From the NCBI GenBank assembly GCA_964016885.1, contig OZ024753.1, positions 44,516,001-44,580,000 of the forward strand: 64,000 nucleotides of DNA, in the 5' to 3' direction. The notes beneath the pieces were generated by a model. That model was not told the origin of the DNA and did no database searches. It saw only the letters and a list, made by a program, of their open reading frames with translations. Below, piece after piece: positions 51,863 to 64,000 of this stretch (positions are counted from its first letter, which is position 1; each line of letters starts with the position of its first letter). The translations under genes were made by a program, and so were the position numbers. The stretch is from Eledone cirrhosa. Taxonomy: Eukaryota.

Positions 51863-52536
51863 AATATAACCAGCTTTTTCATTATTAAGCTGATGTTTGT
51901 AACAAATTATGAAAGTTTTTAGGTAAATATAACACTCTAAAATAAATGATTTTATATTATAGAAACATAGGTTGTTTCTTGTGGTTTGATACCAAAAGTG
52001 TTAAGTTACCAACAATTACACAATATATCAAAGTGGAGATTTTGTCACAAGTCTGTCTTGTTCTCCGCCCCAAGATGTCAGTGTCCCTATTGTGAACTCA
52101 ATCAATACATTGAAATGTCACAGGAAGCATTTGTTATTATTCCATTCCACTTTGAGAATTACTGTCTTTTGATATAAAGTTTTCTGTTCTAGTATGTTCC
52201 ACTGTATTACAGCTCAACCTTACTGTCAACAACAGCTATAGGGCTCTATAAATGGGATTATTCGTTTTAGTATGAACAGTAATATAGTTTACTTCACACA
52301 GATACTATATTTATAAAAACTTAGTTTTTGTGAATCCTTACTTTAACCCTCCTCTTACCAAACTGCTTGAATCTTCTTCAGGTAGGAGATATAAAACTGT
52401 TAGCTTTGTAGTGTTTAAATATATTTATCTAGAACCTTACTTAATAATTTTAGCTAAGAACATTTGCTTTTGATAGGACCCTCTAGAAAATGTGTCTGAG
52501 GACTGAGCCCCCAGGGATAAGTGGACAGTTTAACTT

Positions 52537-52920
52537 CATCATCATCGTTTAATGTCCATTTTACATGCTAGTATGGTTTATATGGGTTGTCCTATTAGAG
52601 GCAAGTTAGGTCAGGTGACCATGTCTTGCTCATATAGGAGTGTTTCTGGCAAGATTTCTATGGCTGGATGCCCTTCCTAACATCAACCACATTGACAGTG
52701 TTGGCTGGGTGCTTTTTGTCGTGACACCTACATGACTACTTTACAGTGTTGACTGGGTGCTTTTTGTCATGACACCTACATGACCACTTTACAGTGTTGG
52801 CTGGGTGCTTTTTGTCATGACACCTACATCACCACTTTACAGTGTTGGCTGGGTGATTTTTATTGTGACACCTACACAACCACTTTAGAGTGTGGGCTGG
52901 GTGCTTTTTGTGACACCAAC
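52537..52920 (-). mobile_element. (GAT)n-tailed SINE 3' part with ~5 internal repeats
   Basis: Reverse match to 20085-20672. Confidence 0.8.
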
Positions 52921-55079
52921 CTAACTAAAGTCATAGTGAGCGCTCTAGTATTAGAGTTTATAATCTTTCAGTGAGTAAACTCAAGGAAACAGGTTCAATT
53001 TCCATTTGCCTCTATTTTATTAATTCTTCTAATTTTATTAATTCTCAGGAAATGTCAATCCTTGATGGATATCACTTAGCATAAAAGGTTAAACAGTTCA
53101 TTTAATTTATCATATTAGTATAAAAGGTATAAATAAATATTTATTAATGTTTAGTATGTAATTAATCATCATTGAAAACCCATTAAAAATAGCCAACCTA
53201 TTTATATCCATCAATAATGTTTAAGAATTTAGAAGACATATTTCTGGCCATTTTAACTCAGCCTTAATTCATCAGGATTTATAGTGTCAACTAATAATTT
53301 TATACACTTGAAATATGTCAAAGTTCAACTTGAGGAATGATATACATGACATTATTCAATAATACTTGACAGTAATCTGTTAATATTATCAAATCAACTC
53401 TCTTCTTTTCAGCATGTTTATGTAGTTATGTAGTTATGCTCTGAATAAGAGTCAATGGTTGTATGGTTTGATAATGAAAGGGATTTGAACTATAAGCTCG
53501 TATCTATGTAAGTAGTTATTGTTGTGATATGAAGTATCTTATGAAGTCTCATACACAATTGTAAGATATTCACCTCCATTTGAAATTTTATAAAGCAATT
53601 TTAATAATATGCTAATTGTGATAAGACTGATGCAATTCCTAATGGCTTTGCAGAAAATGTTTAGAAATAAATTGTTTATTCAAATTTTTATAGTATCTTT
53701 AATAGTGGACAGATTCTTGTTGAAATTTGCAGTATTAGACTAAAGACAATAATATTTAATATAATGTTACCAATGATGTTAAAGATAATGTAGTATATGT
53801 GCATATACATTTCTAATATTTCTACAACAGTTTTGTTAATTCAACTGCTTATAGTATCTGTACCAGTGGACTGGTCCTGGTAGAAATTTTCAGTTGTAGA
53901 CTAAAGAATATGAATTTTAAAGTGATGCAGTTATTTCTGTTTTGTCCTTTTCAAGAACGTCTTGCCAATGCAGTTTCATGTAATGCAAGAGGCTAGGATT
54001 TAATACTTTTACAGAAAGCAAGTACATCACAACATCACCTAATGTCATGTCTTCTCTTTGTAAACTTGTAACCTTGTGTATAAACATGCAACACGGCTGC
54101 CAAATTAATGTTTGAGACATAAATATGTTAACTGTGTCTAAGAATGTATAGAAATACAACAATATTTTTTTTTAAAGCAAGGGGAGTACATGTGGAACAT
54201 ATTAGTTCCAAAAATTTCTTTATTGTTACCAGAAATGGACTTAGTGAAGTGAAACCTGTAAAGTGTTATCTTAACTCTTAACTGAATGGTGTTGTAGCTT
54301 GGAAACTAAACAGTTTTCCATAGATTTTTTTATCTTTCTATGTAACATTATGTTCCTACTTCGGTAATTTCTTAGTTATATTTTATTTTCCTGGTGCTTA
54401 TTTGATCGATATGTTTATAACTTGAGGTCAATATTCTTTCGTAAGGTTTCTACTCTAAGACTTCTCCCTTTGACTAACCTTTACCATTCCTTTTATATTT
54501 TTGATTTTGTATTTTTTTCATCTGACTGCAAATATAACATTTTTTTGTTTTGTTTATTATTATTTTTATCAGCTAAAAATAAATTATCTAAGATTATCTT
54601 TCAATTAGTGAAATAACTTGTTGCTCTTTATTGAACAAGAACAGCAGAATTTCATAGAAAGTGAACTCCTACAGGTGCTCAAATTAGCTTCTGAAACATA
54701 TATTAATAACAACAAAGAAAAGTATTTTTTATCTTTTCTTACAATTTTCTTTTGTTTAAACTTTTAGTTTTTGGTTCCAACAGAACATTTTTACATACAA
54801 TAACTTAACTAGTGCTTCAAATTCTGATATCTGTAAGTTGTATTTACAAAAGTATTTTACTTTTAAATAAATGGTGGTGTATATACTGATTATACTTATG
54901 TAGAAACCAAATTATGGGGACTATTTTTAACAACTTGTACATAAGTACAAATTATTGAGGAGCTAAAATTTACGCTACAATCTAAATTATTCTATCAATA
55001 AGTAGAAACCTAAATGAACTTTAAATGAATAAAAATAAAACAATGATTTACAGTAGTGATGCCAATATATCTGGGAATC

Positions 55080-55330
55080 GGGGATGAAGCTTATCCTGGT
55101 TTCCATAGCATGAAGTGACTGAGACTTTAAGACTCACCCTGGACAGGATGCTAGTCCATCGCAGAGTTAAACCCCCAGCTATTGCTGGTACTCCTTATCA
55201 GCTGAGTATACTGGAGCAACATGAAATAAATTGCTTTTCTCAAGAATGCCTCAACACACAACGCAGTCCAGAAATAAAACTCACAGCATTATGATCATAA
55301 GTCCAACACCCTTACCACTAGGCCACGCAC
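55080..55330 (-). mobile_element. tRNA/CORE-like SINE, same type as 38985
   Basis: CCTGGACAGGATGCTAGTCCATCGCAG...AGTCCAACACCCTTACCACTAGGCCAC. Confidence 0.72.
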
Positions 55331-57005
55331 CTTAACAGAAATATGATCACAAAAGATTTAATCACATGATAATGTTGTCTTTCAAGCATGAAACTACAAC
55401 TGGTAATACCAAACGTTAGTGAAGCCTGTGCTTTAAGAGCGAATGACAGTGTTAAATCGAATGAACAACTACAATATCACTGAGAAGAAAGTATTAGCAT
55501 TAGATCTTAGCTTTGAAAGACATCAAGATGGAAGAATGCCATAGAAATGGTATAATTAATGGAATATATGATACATCCATCATTTTCATCTGACACAAGT
55601 CAAAAGAAGAAAGTACTGCTTCATGAAGGGATATTCAACTCAATAAACTATTTTCCTGTTTAAAATAGATTAAAGTAGCTGATATCAATCTCTTCCTTTT
55701 TAGAAGGAAAATTTCTTCTGTAAACCTAAAGTTAAAATAAAATAAAATAATATTTAAAATGATAACTTCAGAATTACAGTACTGTGTTTGTTGTTGTTAT
55801 TGAGCAAACCTATGATTAAAGGTGTTCCAGTGAGATCATCCTCTCATTTTAGATGTAACTAAAACTAAATTATCAAATATATTCTTTCCTTATTTAGGTA
55901 GAGTAGGATAAGATCTGATTCTAAAGAAATTTGACTGCTATCTCGGACCACATTAGGGCTTGGGTATGCAACAAATACGGGCTTTATCCCTTTTGTTACC
56001 ATATTTCTAATGAAATACATTCTATTTCAATGCATTAATGAAACACATTGAGGGATGTTAAACTTATTAATTATTTCTTTACTGAGATAGTAATTTAACA
56101 AATGGTTATATTACTATCTTTGTAATGAAATAATGAAATAATTAATAATTTTAGTAAAACCCTGAAAATGTCGAATTAATTCATTGAAATAGAAGATATT
56201 TCATTAGAAATATGGTGATAAAAGGTGGAAATAATATTACTAAAAAAGGTGAAGAACAAATAATCAATATATCAGACTATTTTAACCAGAATAAACATAT
56301 ATAAATATTCAAACAAAAACCACAAAACATCTGACTAATGTAGGATATATTGATGAAATGTTGCTACTATTCATACCACTGCACACTCCTTTATTAGAAT
56401 CAAAATGAAGAGAATAGGATACCATTTCCTCTTTTCAAGATACACAAATTGACAATAAGATTTACTGGAATCAATAAGTTAATCTAGTCAGCTGAAAATA
56501 TAAAAAGAAAAAAAAACATCAGTCTTTGTTATAATAAAAATATATAAAAAGTTCCATTGTTTAAATGCATTGATGGTGCCAATTCTTCCTTATACAGCTT
56601 CATTGGAACTATGGAAGGTTAGTAATGAAGAATTGTGAGTAAACCTAAAGTGTGAAAATTAGAGAAAATATCAATAAAGGCAAGTGTAGGGAAAATATAT
56701 TTAAGAAATAAGAAATAAATTGTATAGAATGTTTAAGAAATCTGATACTCTAAACACAGGATGAGCATGAAGTTTTTCCCTCATTATAAAATACCATATA
56801 TTGGATACTATTTCAGATTTTACTTTTTTATTCTTTTGATTTATAAATTTCAAGTTTAAAGATTTTTCTGAACATGTTTTACATTTTATCTTCTACAGGA
56901 AGTAGTTGTAATTTTATCTTCTACAGGAAGTAGTTGTAATTTTCTGTAACAAAATAGCATCAGCTTGTTTTGTGGTTTCAAAGACTTTATCCTCACCCTA
57001 TCTAA

Positions 57006-57225
57006 CCCTTTAGCATTTACATTACTCTATATATACTATTGTATTTTTGTGGTAAATGCTTTAACTCACATAATATCTCACATAATATTGAATCTATGGA
57101 ATTTTGATATTATTAATTTTGAGAACAATACCTTAACATTAGTATGAGTGACCGGTTATGGCCAGTCCAAACAGAAAAAGGTGAGAGAATTCTGGCCGGA
57201 TATGGCCAATTTAAATGCTAAAGGG
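57006..57225. mobile_element. piggyBac-type MITE
   Basis: CCCTTTAGCATTTA ... TAAATGCTAAAGGG with degenerate TTAA flanks (CTAA, ATAA). Confidence 0.8.
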
Positions 57226-57579
57226 ATAAGGGAGTTGCTTCTTATAACTTTATATTTACTTTATTATATTATGATACAAACATTTTAAAGCCAGTTTCCT
57301 TGTTGAAACATCACTTCTCCATTTTGCCCTATCCTTTGCACCCCCACCCCCCTTCATCCCCCCCCCCCTTCACCCACCCCTGGCTTTCATTTCCTCCTCA
57401 ATCTTCTTTAACCACGACTTTCTGGTTCTTTTCATTTCTCGATTTCCTTCCACATTTATTTCCATCACTCTTCTCACCCAATCACATTCACCCTTTCTTG
57501 ACACATGACCCAATAATCTCATTCTTTTTCTTTTCACATCAACTTCTGTTATCCATCATCGTCTGCAATTCATTGTTTG

Positions 57580-57910
57580 TCCTCATCTCCCTCCTCTCTC
57601 TTTCTCTTTCTCTCTCTCTCGCTTTCTCTCCCCCTCTCTCTACCTCTGTCCCTCCTCTCACCCTCCCCTCTCTCTCTCTCTCCCTCCTCTCTCCCTTTCC
57701 TCCTCTCTCTCCCTCCTCTCTCTCTCTCTTTCCTCCTCTCCCCCCTCTCTCTCCCTCTCTCTCCCCCCTCTCCCTCTCCCTATATATCCCCCCTCTCCTC
57801 TCCCCCTCTCCTCTCCTCTCTCCCTCCCCTCTCTCTCATCCCTCTCTCTCCTCTCTCCTTCCCTCTATCTCTTTCTCCCCCCCCCCTCTTTCTCCCTCTC
57901 TTTTTCCTCC
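57580..57910. repeat. Polypyrimidine (CT/CCT) tract
   Basis: Direct reading. Confidence 0.9.
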
Positions 57911-58190
57911 TCATACTCTGAACCATTCTCATATCTGTCCTTGTCAGTTTCTCTCATGTTCCCCTTTCAGTATCCACATCTCACTCATAAAATGTACCGG
58001 CAACATTTATCACACACTAGAGAGTTTGCCATGTATCTTGCAAGACTAAGAAGCACTCAATACTCTACATTATCAGTGTTCATTTAAGACATGTGATTAA
58101 CAAGTTAAATAGAAGAAAGAACAAATACAAAAAAAAAGGATGAGTGGGTGAAAGGAATGGGAGAAACAGAAGGATTGGAGTGCCAGAGGT

Positions 58191-58312
58191 TGATTTCTCC
58201 CGAATGAAACAGTTCTAGTCCTGTAGAAACCTTTCTATAATAAATATGTATACTCTGCTTTGTATTGAGTACCTTGCTTACTGTGGTTACCCCCGATTGA
58301 ACCTGGGATAAA

Positions 58313-58315
<3 letters not shown>
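58191..58315 (+). mobile_element. Family D remnant, 5'-truncated inside the hammerhead core
   Basis: TGA-TTTC-TCCC-GAAT-GAAA-CAG-TTCTAGTC-CTG-TA-GAAACC, then family tail (TGTATTGAGTACCTT) into (TA)n. Confidence 0.72.
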
Positions 58316-58395
<80 letters not shown>

Positions 58396-58397
<2 letters not shown>

Positions 58398-58598
58398 CAA
58401 AGGAAATGTGGTAAGGGACCAGGTGGACCATAACGCACCAAAGTACTCAATACTTAGGGTAGTAGAGTGGGTAATAGGAACGAGTAGGACCCCGACGGCT
58501 GAGCTCAAGCCGTTTCGACGACTAATTCTGGACGGAATTAGCCGTCCAGAATTAGCCGTCAAAACGGCTTGAGCTCAGCCGTCGGGGTCCTACTCGTT

Positions 58599-58603
<5 letters not shown>
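58396..58603 (-). mobile_element. PLE-type fold-back remnant family C (62-bp arms plus ~78-nt tail)
   Basis: Arms 58474-58535 and 58542-58603; tail 58396-58473; long (TA)n on both sides. Confidence 0.85.
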
Positions 58604-58649
<46 letters not shown>

Positions 58650-58766
58650 CATCATGATCATCATTTAAAGTCTGTTTTCCCTGTTAGCAAAGATATATAT
58701 ATATATATGTGTGTATGTAAATTTATATATATATATTTACATGTATATATTCATATATATAAATTT

Positions 58767-58813
<47 letters not shown>

Positions 58814-59389
58814 TATTTACATTTATGGTAAGCTGAAACTTATGAAATCTGTGAAGAAATACAGGAATAAATTCTATATTTTTTTTATATATAATATTGG
58901 ATATGCAAATTTTTGAGTTTATGATCCTTATCTACCGTGAACATCGCTTGAAAATATTTCCAAAATATCCCTAAGAAACATATATTCATGTCTACACACA
59001 ATTTGCATTAAAATGGATGAATTAACATTCATAATGTGGTGACTCTCTTCTGTTATTTATGATGCCTTAAGGGACTTAAACTTTTTTATTGGAAAAGTCA
59101 AACAAATATTCCAGTTTTTCAGACAAAAAAGAAACTTTTTTTTGTTGTGTCTGGAGAGAAATATCAGAATTAGAGGATATGTAAGATTTAAAGTCATAGA
59201 ATGTGCTCTGTTAAGTTTGATTTTGTTTGTATAATTATGCTCTCAGTACTTTCATAAATAGTATTTCACTGGTGGATATATTATACCTGATACCTTTAAA
59301 AATGATATCTATCTGTCTATATAAGTAAGGTCATAGAATGTGGTCTGTTAAGTTTGGTTTTGTGTCTGTACAATTAAGCTCCAGACAGA

Positions 59390-59535
59390 AGCAACCATCT
59401 CCAACTGATCCAGCTGGATCTCCAGGCAAGACCAGCAAAGCTCATGGATGTTATCCAACCATTTTGCTCAGGGTCTCCTGTCAGTTTGTTTTGCCCATAA
59501 AATCTGTCCAACGATTCTTTGCTGAGACAGTCTAA
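59390..59535 (-). mobile_element. RTE-like LINE 3' fragment, third copy
   Basis: GGCAAGACCAG...GCTCATGGATGTTATCCAACCAT is the reverse complement of 3983-4022. Confidence 0.7.
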
Positions 59536-60537
59536 TCACATCTGTAGTATCAGAGCTGTGATATCTCAATTCAGAGAAGTAGCGGCTCTACCTGGAGTGA
59601 TTCTCTGATCTCTGAGCTACACATTCTATTGAGTAATTTACTCTAAAGACTCCTCTTTGGAGGAACCACAATAAAACTAAATACCACAAAAGAAAAAACA
59701 AAGACATTTTAGTTGTTGGTATTATCCATTTATCTACATTTTAAATGGAATATAATATATTGATCTATAATATAAGAAAACCAAAGATTTGAATCAAATC
59801 TCTTGCTGATTATATTTCAAAGCCCTTTTCACTCTTAAAATACACTTGTGTATTTGTGAAACATTTTGATCTAAGGAATGACACCTTGATGAAAAGTGGA
59901 TACATTTATTGAAGTATTTACAGTAAGAGGTAAAGTGAGTGTTCACTTTTAGTGAATATTATCTCTATTTGTTGAATAGTTGTTTCTTCCCACACAGTAA
60001 CCATTGCCTTACAGAAATGTTCAGAATTTTAATGGAAAGCATGTCAAGATATTTCACTTCCTTCAAAGAATTTCTTCCTCAGTTAAGGAAAATGTCACGT
60101 TCTTTTAGTGATGTATTAGTATTTGCTTTGATACTTCAGATATCAGATCGTTACAATCACTACATACAATCACTAACCCTTTCAGAATACTTTTGTTTTT
60201 CTCTAGTTCCACTTCATATATCTCTTGTCATCTTTGTTTTCTTTCTAAGAAACTACACACACACACTATGTGTGAAAATGTTTACGGTTTTATTGTAACA
60301 AGTCTTGTTTCTTCAATGTTTTTATATCTTACTGGATCAAAAAATAGTGTGTACATTTACTACGCTAAAAGAAACATTTAGAAGTTGGTGTTGTTGGTTT
60401 TTTTGCCCATTTTCTTGGGGGGAGGGGGGGGGGGAGATTTTTTTTTATTTCTTTTAAGGTAGTAAGTTTTTAATGTCAGAATTTCTTTTCTTTTTTTTAA
60501 TTTACATTACCTTACTATTTAAAGAGAGAAAAACAAT

Positions 60538-60595
60538 ATATCATCATCAGCAGCATCATCGTCATCGTTACCAACACCATCATCGCCATCATTAA

Positions 60596-60630
<35 letters not shown>

Positions 60631-60905
60631 CCATTGTCATCATTATCATCACTATCATCATTATTATCATCATCATTGTCACCATCATCATTGTCACCAT
60701 TATCATCACCATCATCATCATTACCATCATCAGCATCCCCATCATTACCATCGTCACCATTATCATCAGCATCATCATCATTACCATCGTCACCATTATC
60801 ATCAGCTTCATCATCATTACCATCGTCACCATTATCATCACCATCATCATCATTACCATCATCACCATTATCATCACCATCATCATCCCCATCATTACCA
60901 TCACA
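60538..60905. repeat. Compound (CAT)n array with ~36-bp higher-order unit
   Basis: CATCATTACCATCGTCACCATTATCATCAG recurs. Confidence 0.9.
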
Positions 60906-61307
60906 GTATTACACCTACTTTCCTTACTTGCATGGGTTGGATGGTAAAAGAAATTTTTAAAATTCTTGAAAGGGTTTTAACTAATCCTATCATTGATTAA
61001 ATTCAGAACATATTTCTGCAATCTCTTCTTGTATGGTTTTAGACTATTGAGAAGATTATTGTAGCTAAATTGAATAAAATATTATTCTAGTTGTGTTTTG
61101 GATGTGATGATGTAAAATTGATGTATTGTTGGGTTTCCATAGTTTTGAAATATATATCAGTTTCTAGTTTTATGATTATTTTTGTTATTTGTATATCTAA
61201 AAGGAGTTTTCCGTTACTGAACTCTTTAGGGAATCATTTGATGAGGATTTGAAAACTGCTCAGTTTATCAAGAAACCCCCTCCACAGTATAAGGAAAATA
61301 AACCCAT

Positions 61308-61528
61308 CATCCAGTAATATTATATTGTATATCATATAGTATGTTATATAGTATATCCTCCAGTAATATTATATTGTATATCATATAGTATGCTATATAG
61401 TATATCATCCAGTAATATTATATTGTATATCATATAGTGTGTTATATAGTATATCATCCAGTAATATATTGTATATCATATAGTATGTTATATAGTATAT
61501 CATCCAGTAATATATTGTATATCATATA
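61308..61528. repeat. 49/46-bp AT-rich minisatellite, about 4.5 units
   Basis: CATCCAGTAATATTATATTGTATATCATATAGTATGTTATATAGTATAT-type units starting at 61308, 61357, 61406, 61455 and 61501. Confidence 0.92.
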
Positions 61529-62232
61529 TCTCACTCTTCAATGTTATTGATGTTTTATTTATTAGAATAATCTTGCTAGGTTCAGAAGTAGATACAGGTA
61601 ATAATAATGGTTAAATGAAACACACAGCAGAGTTTCCCACCTGAATAACCACCAAATGCAACTCACTTAAGTTATTTAGATCATGTATATCTCTCTTTAG
61701 AACATAACACCATTAAGTTTAGTTCATGACACCAAAAACTTCATAGATAGGGGAAAAAATAGAAAGACTTTTTTTTTTTTTAACAAAGATACAAGAACCA
61801 CACAGCGTTTCTTCTTGCATAAAGGTTAGAGGAGTAATCAACAGCATTGTCCAACTATGATGGTTAAAAGAAAATAACATCATGTACAGTGTAAAATAGA
61901 TCAGAGAGGAAAGTAGTCCATACACCAACGACAAGGAAACATGTTAATTATGAATGGTAAAGAAAGTCAATACATTAAAAATCTCAATACACATTCTGAA
62001 TATTTTGCAACGTGCTGTCAATTTCAAAAGTACCTATTAAAGTTCTGGCACCTAAAAACACAACCAGGCTAGACACTTGAAGTCTACATAGATCTTGAGA
62101 AACTTTGAAGTAGCAATTATAACCGTCTTGTACTGTATCAATACATATAATTATTCTACTACACCATATTGAGTTCTGTATTTACTTATTCTATAGTGAG
62201 AAGCATTACAACATACACACATACATACATAC

Positions 62233-62263
<31 letters not shown>

Positions 62264-62409
62264 TATAGATATAGATATATATATAGATAGATAGATATAT
62301 AGATATTCGTGTGTACATATGTATATATATATAGATAGATACATAGATATTCATGTATACTTATGTACATATATATATATACATTTATTTATTTATTAGT
62401 GTATACATA

Positions 62410-62456
<47 letters not shown>

Positions 62457-62522
62457 ATATAATGGAAAGAAAGAAAGATAGATAGATAGAGAGAGAGAGA
62501 TCCATGCACTTAGACACACAAG

Positions 62523-62554
<32 letters not shown>

Positions 62555-63059
62555 TATAATCTTTTATCAGTTAGGAATTCATTTTAGCAATGTCAACGTC
62601 CAAAGGGATGAAAGTCTGACAGAATTTTAACTCGGAACTTAATTGAAACTACATTTTCAAAAGCATTTAGTGCAGTGTTCTTTTAAATAGATACAAGAAC
62701 AAACATGGGGCTACAAAACAACAACCGCAGTAATATATATTGAGCCTGGTTCTTTGATATCTATCTATGAGGGTTAACCTTTGTAGGTGGAGGTGAAACA
62801 ACAATAGTTGATATACATTGGATGTGGTTCTTTAGAAAAGATAACCAAACAAAAAAATAACAATGAATGAAGATTTCCTATGTGAAGTTTTGTCAGTTAT
62901 TTTAAACCGTTCTATACATAAAAGTGATGTGAATAACATAAAAGGTACATCTGTTTTCTGCTTGATAATTAGTTTTTAATTAAACTTAAACTCGTTAGAC
63001 AAAAGCATGAGTATATGATAAACTATAATCAAAATATTTACATTAATATTTTAAAAGAT

Positions 63060-63455
63060 ATGTCCCTTTACGTTCTGAGTTCAAATCTCGCAGATGTTAG
63101 CTTTGCTTTTCATCCTTACGGGGTCAATAAAATAAAGTACCAGTAATGTATTGGGGTTGATTTAATCAAGTTTCCCTTCCTCTCCCAAAATTGCTGGCTT
63201 TGTTTCTAAATCAGAAACCATTATTTTAGTGGTGAGGGTGATGGATTGGCAGTATCGGTAGAGCATTGGACAACATGGTTTGTGGCATTGAGTCACGTCC
63301 CTTTACATTCTGAGTTTAAATTCTGCTGAGGTTAGCTTTGGTTTTCATTGTTATGGGGTCGATAAAATAAAGTACCAGTAGTGCATTGGGGTCAATTTAA
63401 TCGTTTCTCCTCCCCAAAAATTGTTGGCCTTGTTCCTAAATCAGAAACTATTATT
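63060..63455 (+). mobile_element. Two tandem Meta-like SINEs (longer subfamily)
   Basis: Truncated copy 63060-63225 and full copy 63235-63455; ATTTTAGTGGT follows both. Confidence 0.8.
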
Positions 63456-64000
63456 CATATTTTAGTGGTTTGGATCATCGGAATATGAATATACTGGAAG
63501 AACTTCTTCAAGAGTTTTAGGCCAGTATTTATTTCTGTTCAGTTATTTCAGGAAAGTCTGATTAGCCTCTGGGTTTCTGACAGACTTCAATTCTTTTTAA
63601 AACACTATTTATAAATTTAGTATAATGTTAATTTATAAGATTATTTATTTTATTATAATACATAACTCATCCTATTTCAGATATTTCTGGTTTTGTTAAA
63701 GGTGAAAAAAAATTACAATTAAGATCTGATAATGAATTAGCAAAAAATATCTAAAATTGATTTTGTTAATTGAAATATTTATAGTATCTTTACTAGTAGA
63801 CAAATAGTTGTGAAAATTTGCAGTATTAGAGTAGTGACTTCAATTTCTAATGTAATGTATGCACTTTTAAGAATGTCTTGCTAATGCATATTCACATTAT
63901 ATCAGATATAAAGGATTAAGTAAATACTTAGCAAGGACATGAAAAATTCCATCCCATGGTAATTTGAAGTGACTAGTTTCTTGAATAAAATACATTTATG

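Noticed and set aside
57300-58049. 249-aa Pro/Ser/Leu ORF
   Set aside because: Translation of a polypyrimidine tract.

Overview
AT-rich, repeat-dense animal genomic DNA. The SINE types and microsatellite load suggest a cephalopod (Octopus-like); this is inferred, not searched. I found no convincing protein-coding exon: the long ORFs are translations of microsatellites, minisatellites or decayed retroelements. The window holds tRNA-derived SINEs of at least three types, 3' ends of RTE-like and CRE-like non-LTR retrotransposons, piggyBac-type and mariner-type MITEs, and several minisatellites. The main signal is a set of short elements lodged in (TA)n tracts that carry type I hammerhead ribozyme (HHR) motifs: about ten copies with a complete core, plus about a dozen 3' half-hammerheads, from roughly eight sequence families. 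They fit 3' pLTR remnants of Penelope-like elements (PLEs). Many are fold-back palindromes plus an unpaired 80-90 nt tail, and the fold-back point repeatedly falls in hammerhead helix II or at a pre-existing micro-hairpin. All pairings were done by eye; no folding software or database search was run.
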